A stretch of DNA of 64,000 nucleotides from assembly GCF_001194135.2 (NCBI RefSeq), contig NC_068983.1:144460518-144524517 (forward strand), given 5' to 3'. This document shows, piece after piece, positions 1 through 13,090 of the stretch. The translations under genes were made by a program, and so were the position numbers. The DNA is from Octopus bimaculoides (lineage: Eukaryota). The notes under the pieces are model-generated. The model saw nothing but the letters and a program-made list of their open reading frames with translations. It searched no databases and was not told the DNA's origin. Positions within the stretch are counted from its first letter, which is position 1. Each line of letters starts with the position of its first letter.

Positions 1-374
1 AGTTTTGTTTTCTTCTTGTTACTTAGTAGTGTTGATTGTTTACTAATTTCGTTGAGAATCGATAAATCTTTTCTCTTTTTTTTAATTTTGTTCTGGATGT
101 TATTTATCCACAAGGTCTGTTTGGGTGGTAGAACTCCTGTTCGGATGGGTTTGAGTGAGTATCCTGCTTCTTTTGTGGCTGCAGTGGCTGCCGCATATAT
201 TATGTCATTTAGCTCAGTGATATTGCCTGTTGTTTCTGTGGTTGTTAGTTCCGTGACGGCCAGGTTTATGCTATTTATTATTGATGTTGTTTTATTGTCT
301 ATTTTGATTTTTGGGAGATATAATCTGTGATCCATTCCAAGATCTGTGGTTTTCAGTTCTTCGGTTATTTTCAT
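1..374 (-). mobile_element. R4/Dong-like non-LTR retrotransposon, pre-RT ORF fragment (5'-truncated, runs off the window edge)
   Basis: Minus-strand open frame from ATG at 374: MKITEELKTTDLGMDHRLYLPKIKIDNK...ELNDIIYAAATAATKEAG...LWINNIQNKIKKKRKDLSILNEISK. This matches the pre-RT region of R4-clade ORFs (LPK; LN-IYAAA; W---I--KIK--RKDLS-L). It is preceded by a (TAG)n array at 379-412. Confidence 0.7.
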
Positions 375-957
375 TTTCTACTACTACTTTCTACTTTCTA
401 CTACTACTACTACATATGTTTTCTTAAATACTGCACATTTTCCTCTACCCCACACTCCACCCAGAGTTATATCTCCCCCATTAAATCTTATAATATATCA
501 TTATGTAAAAGAAATAGTTTGCCCAATACTCAATACCTGCAACGAGATATGCAGAACCACTTAGAATGTATGGATATTAGCGTTTAAGAAAATGTTAATT
601 AATTCCAAACACGGGGATGTGTTTTAATTACTAAGTCAACCAGATAAGCGAACGCCTACAACTGTATATTGAACCGTCTTTGAGAGAGCGTTGTAGCGCA
701 CTACAATGCTGGACATCAATTCGGCCACCCAGTCAGCCGTCCATTGGATCCAATGTGCGACGGCCATGCAATCTGATGTATGGTCACAATTTATGCATAA
801 AATTTTCTATATTCATAGATGAGTCTTTCTACTAGTTTAATAAGTAGAAGCTCACTACATTGGTGTCTCAATAGATTTTACAATATAGCTTCATGTGATC
901 ATTATTTGAAGTAGTACTAAGATGTGTGCACGTAGGTATTTATGTATATATGCATGA

Positions 958-990
<33 letters not shown>

Positions 991-1004
991 CATACATACA
1001 CACA

Positions 1005-1039
<35 letters not shown>

Positions 1040-1203
1040 TTATCTATCTATATATCTACATACATACATATATCCGTAAACGTGATGTGTAAAACAACCT
1101 AAAGAAAGCATATTTACGATATTTTTATCGTAGCTCATAGCAACGCAAGAACAGATATATATTTAACTACCTATACATATGTATGTATGTATGTATGTAT
1201 GTA

Positions 1204-1237
<34 letters not shown>

Positions 1238-1629
1238 CATGTATGAATGTTTATTCGTTTGTGCTCCCATTTATGTTATGCATTTAAGTACGTAGCTCTG
1301 TGATTTTGTATGAGAATATTCGGGAGAGTATACTTACGTTGTCTATAAGATTAGCTTTATACACACAAATGCGAGTAAAAACAACCTCATGAAACTTTAT
1401 GACTCGTTCAGTCACTTTGGTAGATTTAGCAATCTTGAAGTATTTCTGGAATCAAGTTAGTATAATAATTATCATACACGGGCAGCCATATTGACTCAAA
1501 TAAAATATTCGTAGCTTCAGCGAACAAACAAATTGAAATATTTCAAATCTGAATCGAACCCGCAATTTAGATTTAGTATTTTATACGCAAAATGAAGATA
1601 TTCAGCTGATCATAAGTCACTTAAACACA

Positions 1630-1720
1630 CAGACATATAATCAAGCATACAGAGACACACACACAGGTTCACAATCACACACATACAACCACGCACGCAC
1701 ACACACGTTCACAAACACTC
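1630..1720 (+). repeat. ~90-bp CA-rich dispersed repeat, copy 1 (copy 2 at 4133-4225)
   Basis: cagacatataatcaagcatacagagacac...ttcacaatcacacacatacaaccacgcac...cacaaacactc occurs twice with only a few differences. Confidence 0.85.
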
Positions 1721-3348
1721 CTTTATTAGTGTAAAGCCCACGTTTTTGTTCTTTGACAAAAAACAATATATCGCCAGATTAAATAACATGCGGCAATAAC
1801 TTATGCCCATGTGTATTATAACTTCAATATCTCGCTAAAACTTACTTCGTATTTCATCCAGTGTGCCTTTCAGATCTTCCAATTGCAACATTAGCTTCTA
1901 AGGTCCTAAACAGTAGTAAAGGTAACTTATTTTCAGCTCTGTCTTGAAATGATGTTTTTCTCGTCCAAGAACAAAACAGTGCATCCTATGGGTCGAAAAG
2001 CTTGAATTTTTTGCTACATACTTTACCACCATAAGATAATCATGTATCAAATACTGGGACATCATCCTCTGAACATATAATAAGCTTTTTAGCTACATTA
2101 CAAATCCTTATGTTACTTTATGGAACGTAATAGCAGATTCGACCATACATTGCTCTATGTCCCAATTTCAAATACTACTACGTTAGACTTTACCCTAAAT
2201 AAACTGCAACCACCTACTAGACATGATGTTATCGTATCTTTTCTCCTCAGCGAATATATTGGCATTGAGTAAACATTGTAAATAGTTATCATTGTTATAA
2301 TGACTTTTCGTCCTACGTTTGTAAATAACATTAATAAATGATTATTCTTAACGAGAACCTCACACTATAAGAATCTTTGTTTCTCTGATTGTATTTATGT
2401 GAAATGTTTCTACGTTTTATCTTCACCATCCCACGGAACCTTTCCCTCCACGTTGGAGCACAGCTGAATCAGTGATAACCTCTGGGCGCGCCATTTTACG
2501 CAGTCAATTCCAATGTTTGTACTGAAATTTTGTGGCAATTATTCGGTAAATAGTTATAGATAAGACACAAGCTGATAAGATACACTATATGGTGGTGGAC
2601 AATTGTGTATTTTACTATGTTTAAGAGTAAGTTGTCTATTTCCAATGTGATTGCAGAACATACACACAGATTACAGAGAAAATTCTAGAACTGCGTGACG
2701 CTTTCCACCCGTAGTGTATTCAGTTATAGTTTATAAATATAAACACTCATACATATTGATATGATATACCACTTCAAACATGCGTACATATAAACATGCT
2801 GAAACGTAAGCACGTGCATGATTAGGCACACATATATATATATATATATATATTCACACACATATGCATAGCGCAGGTATTTACGTGTTCTTCATTACCT
2901 TTATTTTGCTTTATCAGTCATAGTAAACAATGTCTGGTAAAGGACGTCTTTCTCTAGTACATATTCTAGGTCTTATGTCTTGTACTATTTAAGATATCAA
3001 ACGTTTTACTTTCTTCACTTTATAGAGAAGTCTACTTTAATTGGTTGTAGTCTTTTCCATATGGCCAGTTAGGCATATTAGGCAAACATACATCTAGACT
3101 CCGTACCGGAGAAAATTTTGCCACCGTTCATAATCCTTCTGGCACGAATAGGTGTAAATATGGACACATAAGAGCTAAAATGTTGTGTTACGTGTTTATG
3201 TTGAAAGTGAGAAGCTACACAAGTTTGTATTTTTACTGTATGAAAAAACTGTTGAACAAGACTTTAGAATATTTTCTACATATATATCAATCATTCTCGT
3301 CAGTATTCCAAAGCGTACAGGTATAATGTTCAGAAGTCTTCTTACTAG

Positions 3349-3506
3349 CTAAGATCTATATTGATAGGATACCAATATTGTCAACAGTAGCTCAGTTTGC
3401 TGATAACGAGGAATAGAAATGTCCTTATCGCTGTCGGAACTATCAGAGTTGATTTCTCCCACCCCTTCAGAGAGCACTTGGCTGTTAGTTGAAATCCTGT
3501 GTATAT
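3349..3506 (-). CDS. Candidate terminal coding exon (unverified)
   Basis: Acceptor tgtttctcgacag| then phase-1 frame (D)IHRISTNSQVLSEGVGEINSDSSDSDKDISIPRYQQTELLLTILVSYQYRS*. Raised GC and non-repetitive; no homology recognised. Confidence 0.2.
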
Positions 3507-3928
3507 CTGTCGAGAAACATGTACCTAATGACGTAGTTATTTATAACCATATTACATGTACCTAATGACATTATTATTTATAACCATATTACATAGTTTT
3601 ATATTGTTTCTCTGTTAGAATGCTCTATTGGTAACAGGTAACGTACAACTTTGTGACGTTGAACGGCTTGTAATTGCAACCAGGACAGTTGAAAATAACA
3701 TCTAGATCTTATTCAACCGCATAGATACTTATTATTTGTCTTGGGCACCATCATTATGCCTTCAAAATTATGTCTGAGTGTGACCGTTGTTAAGTATTTG
3801 TCTGGTTATGTTTGTCAACAGGAGGGTCTCTGAGCGGGACCTTTTCTCTGTGTACGCGTGTGTCCGTTCACGTATGTTTGAGTATGAGTGCGTGCTTGAT
3901 TGTTTGTGCATGTGTGTGTGTGCGTGCA

Positions 3929-4001
<73 letters not shown>

Positions 4002-4132
4002 GTAAGTTGAAATTTTTTCGTTACACCTGATTTTTTGTCAGCAAATAGGAAACTGAGAATAACGGTTTATTACATTATATTTTACTTTATTTATGCATAA
4101 CAGAAACCTACACACCTACATACACATACAAT

Positions 4133-4225
4133 CAGACATATAATCAAGCATACAGAGACACGCACACAAATTCACAATCACACACATACAACCACGCACA
4201 CACACATACACGCTCACAAACACTC
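4133..4225 (+). repeat. ~90-bp CA-rich dispersed repeat, copy 2
   Basis: Near-identical to 1630-1720. Confidence 0.85.
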
Positions 4226-4566
4226 GTTCACAAACAAAAACGCGTGCGCACACAAACACATATACACCACATATATGTGCATACATAGAGAAATATGGAT
4301 AATTTGTAAATATAATATGTTTAAACTCACCGCACATGGATCTCTGTAAATAACAAGTTTAAACGATGGTTTATTGAACCTACGCATATGGATTCCTACA
4401 TAAACATATTCACAAGCTAGATAATTTAAACCATCGTTTAATACACACACATATATATATATGTGTGTGTGTGTATGTGTGAGTGTGTGTGTGTGTATGT
4501 ATATATATGTATACATACATGTATATATGATGTGTGACTGTATATATATACATATACTTATACATT

Positions 4567-4618
<52 letters not shown>

Positions 4619-4912
4619 CACATGCATATGTCTATAAATATGCATGTGTGTGTCTATAAGTGTGTATGCATATATGTGCATGCTTACATACACAGGCACA
4701 CACGAACACGCATACACACACGAACACGCATACACACACACAACCTTGCAAAATTTGGATAACTGATTATGATCCCACATATGAACACCATAAAAATATT
4801 CATTTCATGCCCTCATATCATTAAGTATTGAAACTCTTGGAACATGTGTATGTTTGTATGTATGCATGTGTGTGTGTCTGTGTGAAATATGTGTTAGGGA
4901 ACATTTGTATAG

Positions 4913-4957
<45 letters not shown>

Positions 4958-5738
4958 GAATGAGGATATATTTATGTATAAATAATGAATGTCTGAATAT
5001 ATTTGTGTGTGTGTGTTTATCTATGTATGTATGTAGGTATGTATGTAGGTATGTATGTATTATGTATATGTGTGTGTGTGTCTTTCTGTGTATTCATTTA
5101 CATCTCTGTCTCTCGTTTGTTAAATCTCGTGTTTGCAGATATCGATTGGCTAACAAAATATGCCATCTTCAAAGGAGAGCTTTTAATTTAAGCAGCAAAA
5201 TCTATAGATAATGTGTATGTCAATTCCACGTAGTTAGCATAATGTAACATTTACTTGCATCATGTGTATAAGGACGCTATGAGAAACAAGAAACTTTATC
5301 GCAGAAGTAGACGAAAATATTTCAAAGGAAAAGGCTTATACAAAACCTGACTATAAATAATAATTTGAAATATTTGATTTTCTGTATGAGTGATCCAATG
5401 TGTGTGATTTAAGAGGAACTAGTTCACAGTGGCAATGGTGGCGTTCTAGCTCTGGCATAACCTTCGTCTGAAACAAGGAGGAATAAAGCAAACACGGCTT
5501 AAACACCATAAAAGAATAAAACATGAGAAATGGTTTTTGCAGGTAATCTAAACTGATATGCATAGAGATGGACATAACAAGTTTTGTCTTTACTCACTGG
5601 CTTAAAATAAAAGAAATATTTGCAAAAGTTTGCGTTGACAAAAACATTGGAGAAGGGCATACATGATATGTTGGTAGTTTCTGTCGTGTCTCTTACTGAA
5701 AATATTTACTGATTAATAATATCAATGCATAAACCATG

Positions 5739-5941
5739 CAGCGAGCTGGCAGAAACGTTAGCACATCATGCACAATTTTAAGCGTCATTTCGTCTTTCTT
5801 CACGTTCAGAATTAAAATTCTGCCGAAGTCTACTTTGCCTTGTATTCTTTCGAGGTCGATAAGATTAGCATTTCTGGGATGTAATCGTCTTACACACTCC
5901 CCCAAAATTACTATTCTTCTTCCAAACTTTGAAACCAATAT
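5739..5941 (+). mobile_element. tRNA-derived SINE, family 2 (gcgagctggcagaaacgttag head)
   Basis: Co-linear with the copies at 50706 and 54354: head gcgagctggcagaaacgttagc, body ...gaagtctactttgcc...ttcgaggtcgataa..., tail ...ctccccaaaatt...tttgaaaccaat. Confidence 0.75.
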
Positions 5942-6552
5942 CAATACGTAGACAAAATCTCGGACGAAAGACAGAAGATCCATTGGCTTTCTGTTTGCTT
6001 TAAAATCCTGCGAAGCATGTAGCATTAAGAGATGAGGGCTGTGCTAATTTTTGTACAATATGAGTTACCTTGACACAAAGCGTTCAGTCGTGCATTTATT
6101 TATGGCTCATTGGCTTATAACATTTCAATATGTCAAAATTTCAGAGTAAATAAGGCATCTGGGTACTTGGTGGTTGAATCATGAGTCGACAATCCCTTAA
6201 TGGTTATAACTTAATGTGTATCAAGTTATAGCTTCCCGAATTATTGAAATAGATAATACAAGGAATACTAGGAAAGTATCCTACAGAAAACAAACGCAAG
6301 GGATATTTCTTTCTTGCATATTACGTTACTGGAAACACATTTCAACTATGTAATTTTTCAATTATACTCACTTTAAAATATACCTTTCGATATTTTCACT
6401 GCTGATGTTAAATTACTTTCTTCTAACAGTTTATGCTAGATACCACGTCCCCTATTCTCCGATGTTTTTTTAAAAATAAATATCAAAGTATTAGAATAAC
6501 AATTGTGTAAGCATATATGCCCGCAGAAGTAAGCAATAGAAATATCTGTCTG

Positions 6553-6619
<67 letters not shown>

Positions 6620-7007
6620 GTCTGTCCGTCTGTCTGTCTGCCTGAGTGTCTGTCTGTCTGTCTGAAAGTGCACACGCATGTAAAAGAATAACACGAAACA
6701 ATATCAGTGACATTTCAAATATATAATTCTGTAGGTTCTAAATAATTATTCTCCAGCACATGTAGAAATGTATATTTTGAAATATCATTGATATTGTTTT
6801 CTGTTGTTCTTTCAAATTTATAAGAGTATATCCATGTATTATAGCTTATTCTGCTGCACATGCATCATTCTATATGTATATACATCTTACACGTGATTTG
6901 GGAGTTAAACTGGATAAACAAGCAAATATAGTTATTACCCGTGCTTTCACACGCAATACTGTATATATATACATACATATAGACACGCATACACATCCAT
7001 ATCCATA

Positions 7008-7081
<74 letters not shown>

Positions 7082-7210
7082 ACGAAAGATTAATTTGCGA
7101 AGGTGTCATTAATTCTATTATTATCCAATGTAACTATTTTAAGAATGATAATAACAGAATCAATGACACAGAGAGCAGGCTAAAAATGGCATTAAATAGC
7201 CGAGGGATTA

Positions 7211-7547
7211 AAATTAATGAAAGGACATACTAAGTATGTCTACCTGCTTGAAATAACAGTCAAAACTCATTATTAAATCGCCAAAAACAGCACAAACTTC
7301 ACAACGATGAGTTGGGAATCTCTAATCTTGGTAACGCGTGCTGAAGAAGCTAAGGCTTATTTTGCCAGTGCAGAAACCGGTCCACGTGAGTCCAAATACT
7401 TGAACGTATGCTAGTTGATTGTCTTAACCGAATTTGCCTTCGGTTGATTTCTGTAGTTATCATGAGTGTATTTTTGACGATTTGATCATGAGTTTTGACC
7501 GTTATTTCAAGCAGGTAGACATACTTAGTATGTCCTTTGATTAATTT
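7211..7547 (+). mobile_element. Penelope-like terminal-repeat fragment with ~77-bp inverted arms (7211-7288 / 7470-7547) enclosing a hammerhead motif
   Basis: aaattaatgaaaggacatactaagtatgtctacctgcttgaaataacagtcaaaactcat is mirrored at 7470-7547; minimal hammerhead motif between the arms. Confidence 0.55.
7335..7388 (+). ncRNA. Minimal type I hammerhead ribozyme motif (family A)
   Basis: cgcgtg-CTGAAGA-agctaaggcttattttgccagtgca-GAAAC-cg-GTC|cacgtg. Stem I cgcgtg/cacgtg (6 bp, one G-U), palindromic ACCGGT at helix III, GUC cleavage triplet. The helix II closing pair is mismatched (A.A). Confidence 0.6.
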
Positions 7548-7743
7548 ATATATATATATACATAAATCATATATATATATATATATATATANNNNNNNNN
7601 NNNNNNNNNNNNNNNNNNNNNNNNNNNNNNNNNNNNNNNNNNNNNNNNNNNNNNNNNNNNNNNNNNNNNNNNNNNNNNNNNNNNNNNNNNNNNNNNNNNN
7701 NNNNNNNNNNNNNNNNNNNNNNNNNNNNNNGTATGTATGTATG

Positions 7744-7777
<34 letters not shown>

Positions 7778-10700
7778 TATATGTATACATGTATATATAT
7801 TTCTAACATATAACCCAAATCACTTTTTAATGCTTATTATTTTCTCTATGCCATAATTTTATCTATATTTCATTATTATTATGTTTATATATCCATATAT
7901 TTATATGTCCATGTATATTTTTAGCATTCATATATTTTTATATTTTTATATCTCTAATATGTCAATATATGTTTCAGCATGGACAATTCTTATTTTTATC
8001 TTAATTAAACCCGTATATTAACAATTAGAAGTTGATCATTGGCATTAAAAAGTCATAGTTTAGCTGTAGTTTAAAAACATTTACAGCTTTTTCAGTTTGT
8101 TATATTGGAAGTAAATTTGCATTTATCTCTTTCCATTTAACAAACATCATCAGAATGTTTTAGAGTTTATCGGAGGAATATAGATAGGAGAAGAAGGAAA
8201 CGGAAAAGGAAAAGCGTAACAAAGTTCGTTAAGCCTTTAGGCTTACATTTTTGTGTGCTTTAAGGTTCCACGTATGTGTACATTTCATGAATTAGATGAA
8301 TGGAGCTATAAAGGTGGAAAATGACAAGTTGACCGGCGGTGTTAGCCGAAAGAGTTATACTTGGTAGTAATATCCAGTGTAATTAATTGTAATAAATAAC
8401 GCTGTTTGAGACCGCTAGATAATGCCCTTGTTAAAATTAAGGATGCTCTTAAAAGTTTAAGTGCGATATACGGTATAAATTGGGGTTACGTAAAAGCCAT
8501 AATAAATATATAAGTAAATAAATAAATAATAATGTTGTTATGTGCGGCGCGGGCTATCTACTCGTTAATAAAATTAAAACCCAACACCGTCGGCTATAAT
8601 AGGCTAAATCTCTCGTTTAATCGTGTTTATGCTAGTGGCAGCCCTAACAATTAGTGTGTTAGTCAGTGATCTAACTTTAATGTGAATATATTAAAGAGAA
8701 TTATATCTCCAGAAACCTGTACTGTAGGTATTAGCAGTATTTACAGAATAAGAATTTATCGTTATGTAAGCATGTTAATTTTTCTCGTCTCATTTATTGA
8801 GTAATTCTGATTTGGACATTAAAATGAAGAATTACATTGGACATTTCCATTCGACATTTTTAGTACAATCAAAATGTTTCTCATACTGATGATATAACAT
8901 GGATGCTTGCAGTATTAACGAGCTACCCATGGGTCAGCTGTTGGTGTGAATTGGGACGACATATTAAGTTTAACCCCACAAAGCAAGAATTGTCCTCCGA
9001 TGGGCTTCCGTACATTTCCTGCCTGCAGAATTCCATTCACAAGCCTTTCTTCTATTGCAAGCAATAATGAGGTCCTGATAAATTCACCGGATGGAAAAAT
9101 GAAACAGTTTTGAATGCATACTTACAAGTTGAAGGCTGATCTAGAGCTTAGCAGCAACAACAGCAACGGTTACTACAGTTACTTTCTTGTTTTCTGTGTT
9201 CGTTTCTATATGTATGACTTTTTGTTCCTTTTCTTCCTAATAGTCTTGTAGATAAACGAGCCCTTGTCATATTGTGCAAACATTAGCGATAAATATAGAC
9301 CACAGACATGATTTTCATACATGCAGTCGTGTTAAGCATCATAAAATAGGCGCCAGCGTTTCGTTATCTCTTCAATGTTTGGTTTTTATGGTCAGCATAA
9401 GTATACTTATATAATTCACTCGACATAGCATTTCTATATGTATCTTATCGGTCCAGTCAATCAATCAATGAATCAATCAATAATAATAATAATGGTAACA
9501 AATTCCCAGTACCGTGGGTATAGAACATAGCAATGAATATATCCTTGTTGTAATTAATTCCTCATGGCGACCATCAGTATTGAATCTCTCAAAAGTTACC
9601 AATTTTCTTTTCAGTAAATATGCTGGAAATAATATTTTGATGACTCTCTAAAGGTACAAAAAGTAACGCAGAAAAAATAGTACTAGAATCCACAAAGAAA
9701 TACAATTGTTTTATTCGATTTCATTTCTTTCTCTGTTCAAATGTGCAAACCAGCATATCACTTTGGTTGGGTTTTATGTTGTCTATTTTCGTTAGATGAA
9801 CTAGACGCCAAAATCAAAACTATATTCGTCTGCGTTGATACTCGTACGTAGTGCCAATTCTCTTTGCTAAATTGGCTTTCTCCTTGGATAAATATGATTC
9901 CATAGTTGCATGACAATGAAATATTTTCAAGTTATAAAATGTCATAATCACATTCAACAGAGAACGGAAGCCGTCAGCAAGATCTAATTTCTGAAATGAA
10001 GGGAAAATTCATATGGCATTTTTTCATTTTGTTAAACGTTGATTCTTGCACCTAAATGTTCGATATTTTCCACAAACAGACCGTATATGCATGTTATTAT
10101 GTAGCATCACATGAGTCATGTTTCTTCTTTTCTAACAAACATACACGCTCCCTCCTTCATCATGTCTTCTTTTCGTCACTGACATTTATCCAATGTCTCC
10201 TCATAATAGACAGCAGTGCGAGATTTGTAACAGATTTGATTGCTGTTTCAAGTAGGTGTGTACACCTGCACGATAGAATTTCCTGGGGTAAACAGTTATA
10301 TGGAATTCTATGGAACACAACCACGGGGAATTATGGAAAGGTAGAATTAATTCTATGTGGTAAATAGTTGTACGGAATTCCATAGAACGATATTTATGTC
10401 GGTAAAGTCATGTATCACTGGATTTCTTTATGTACATCTCGAGTATGTATGCCAATAAGCTCCGCTCTCTTGCAACCTAGTAAAACAATATTGTTTCTGT
10501 GTATAGAGCTTCGTAATATGCAGCAACTATTTTATAGCTAGATAAATAATATTCATTTCACTATTAATGTTTGATTTATGGAGTGAGATAAAATTCGCCT
10601 GTTGATATAATTTATTTAATGTTGATACTTAATCTAAAGTAAAGCGCAAGTAGTCTAGTCTTGCACTCCAGTCCAACAGATTCACTGCAGATTCAGTAAT

Positions 10701-10857
10701 AATTTTCCTTCATTTTTAGTATACATTACAAGCAAAAGTGAATTGTTCTTGTTTTCGAGTGCATTGCAATAGGCATTCAAAGTGCTTTGTTAAGGCTTTA
10801 CTCAATCAGTGATCGTTTACAATTTGCATATTAAAACGCTGTTTTCTAACTAAACAG

Positions 10858-10890
<33 letters not shown>

Positions 10891-11666
10891 NNNNNNNNNN
10901 NNNNNNNNNNNNNNNNNNNNNNNNNNNNNNNNNNNNNNNNNNNNNNNNNNNNNNNNNNNNNNNNNNNNNNNNNNNNNNNNNNNNNNNNNNNNNNNNNNNN
11001 NNNNNNNNNNNNNNNNNNNNNNNNNNNNNNNNNNNNNNNNNNNNNNNNNNNNNNNNNNNNNNNNNNNNNNNNNNNNNNNNNNNNNNNNNNNNNNNNNNNN
11101 NNNNNNNNNNNNNNNNNNNNNNNNNNNNNNNNNNNNNNNNNNNNNNNNNNNNNNNNNNNNNNNNNNNNNNNNNNNNNNNNNNNNNNNNNNNNNNNNNNNN
11201 NNNNNNNNNNNNNNNNNNNNNNNNNNNNNNNNNNNNNNNNNNNNNNNNNNNNNNNNNNNNNNNNNNNNNNNNNNNNNNNNNNNNNNNNNNNNNNNNNNNN
11301 NNNNNNNNNNNNNNNNNNNNNNNNNNNNNNNNNNNNNNNNNNNNNNNNNNNNNNNNNNNNNNNNNNNNNNNNNNNNNNNNNNNNNNNNNNNNNNNNNNNN
11401 NNNNNNNNNNNNNNNNNNNNNNNNNNNNNNNNNNNNNNNNNNNNNNNNNNNNNNNNNNNNNNNNNNNNNNNNNNNNNNNNNNNNNNNNNNNNNNNNNNNN
11501 NNNNNNNNNNNNNNNNNNNNNNNNNNNNNNNNNNNNNNNNNNNNNNNNNNNNNNNNNNNNNNNNNNNNNNNNNNNNNNNNNNNNNNNNNNNNNNNNNNNN
11601 NNNNNNNNNNNNNNNNNNNNNNNNNNNNNNNNNNNNNNNNNNNNNNNNNNNNNNNNNNNNNNNNNN

Positions 11667-11706
<40 letters not shown>

Positions 11707-11764
11707 CACACACACACACACACACTTATATATATATATATATCTTTTTAGATGCAATAAATTT

Positions 11765-12300
11765 GGCCATAAAATGTAGATGCTTCGCCGGATGGTTCCC
11801 TCGAAATTTCAAAACGAGAGAAAAGGAAACTATGATGGTCTTCTGGAAGATTTTCATTCTCAACCATCTGGATTACTGCTCCCAGCTGTGGTCACCAAAC
11901 AGTGCGAAATTAACGACGAAACTCGATCGATCCAGCAAAGTTACACAAAGAGACATATCAGCTACTGGGAGAGACTGAAAGAGTTAAGACTCTACTCCAT
12001 AAAATCAAGGTGGGAAAGATATGCAGTAACATACATCTGAAAAATCCTAGAAGAACTTGTACCAAACTTTGATATTGTCAGTCACACAAATAGCAAGATG
12101 GGGCACCACTGCATAGCACCAAAAATCCGAACATTGCCATCAGCGCAGCAATACTACAATATCTTGAGCTTCAAAGGTCTCAGTTTTTCAATATGCTCCC
12201 ACAAAGCCTAAGAGTTGGCGTGGATGTAGGCGTTTTCAAAACAAAACTGAATCTCCTTCTGTCAAGATGAACTTACCACAGATCGGGGCAACAACATCAA
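11765..12300 (+). mobile_element. CR1/L2-group LINE, degenerate 3' end of ORF2
   Basis: Across frameshifts: CRCFAGW-PRNFKTREKETMMVFWKIFILNHLDYCSQLWSP / IQQSYTKRHISYWERLKELRLYSIKSRWERYAVTYI*KILEELVPN / ...FNMLPQSLR...FKTKL. These are typical post-RT CR1 motifs. Confidence 0.8.
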
Positions 12301-12341
12301 ACTCACGCTAACAAATGTCACATATCAGAGGAGATTTAGTG

Positions 12342-12521
12342 ACTGTGTGTGGTGCCCCACCATGGCCGCAGTCCTTGGACTGAAACTAAAAGAGAAAGAA
12401 ATAAACACAAGTATATATATATATTAGTGGTTCGGCAAAACAGTCCAATAGAATAAGTACCAGACTCAAGGTCGGTGCTCCAGCATGACAGCAGTCAAAT
12501 GAGTCAAACAAGTAAAAGAAT
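12342..12521 (+). mobile_element. Two short 3'-tail fragments of SINE family 1
   Basis: gtgccccaccatggccgcagtcc...ctgaaac and cggcaaaa...aatagaataagtac...ggtgctccagcatga.agcagtcaaatga...aacaagtaaaaga match the 3' part of the full copy at 53839-54265. Confidence 0.6.
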
Positions 12522-12563
12522 GTGTGTGTGTGTCTAAGTGTGTGTGTCTAAGTGTGTGTGTCT

Positions 12564-12616
<53 letters not shown>

Positions 12617-12919
12617 TATTTATAGATGCATACATAGATGTTTCTGTTTTGGAAAGATTAGAATATAAAAGGTTTCAGGTTTATATTAATAGCTATTGAA
12701 AACTGGTAGGAATATTATCTGCATTAACTTAAAGGGCTAGGTTAATATTTAGTTAGATAATTTAGGAGTTAGTTATAGGTTTACTTATTGAATTTATTTA
12801 CCGATACTGTTTTTGTACATAGGGTAAATATGTTTTTTTTAAAATTCTAATTTAATTATTAATGTTAGTGTTTAATCCTTCCTAGAATTGAGATTGAATG
12901 AATGTGGTGATATACATGG

Positions 12920-13090
12920 TATATTTGTTCCCAAACAACACTTATTTTAGTGCTGTTGACACTGTCGGATTGAACGATACTGCCCAGGTGTCAGACCATA
13001 GTGATATCTGTGGGGCAGCTGATGATGGAGGTATGTTGGATTGTTGGTATGGCTGTTATTGTATGTGCGGAATAGCTTTATAAGACATCT
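12920..13090 (-). mobile_element. Very old LINE RT fragment (CR1/L2-like)
   Basis: Minus strand KLF...ISLWSDTWAVSFNP resembles the LFADD...W--W---FNP-K region; heavily decayed. Confidence 0.3.

Noticed and set aside
16-330. 104-aa hydrophobic plus-strand ORF
   Set aside because: Antisense shadow of the minus-strand R4-like ORF
2484-2498. GGGCGCGCCATTTT (YY1/E2F-like site)
   Set aside because: A single motif without CpG-island context or a nearby first exon
5693-6025. 110-aa minus-strand ORF
   Set aside because: It lies antisense to a SINE family 2 copy
9615-9653. 39-nt segment between a good acceptor and gtacaa
   Set aside because: Stop codons in all three phases
10280-10367. YGILWNTTTGNYGKVELIL resembling the carboxylesterase GNYG motif
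   Set aside because: Too divergent for a normally highly conserved motif and lacks convincing splice boundaries
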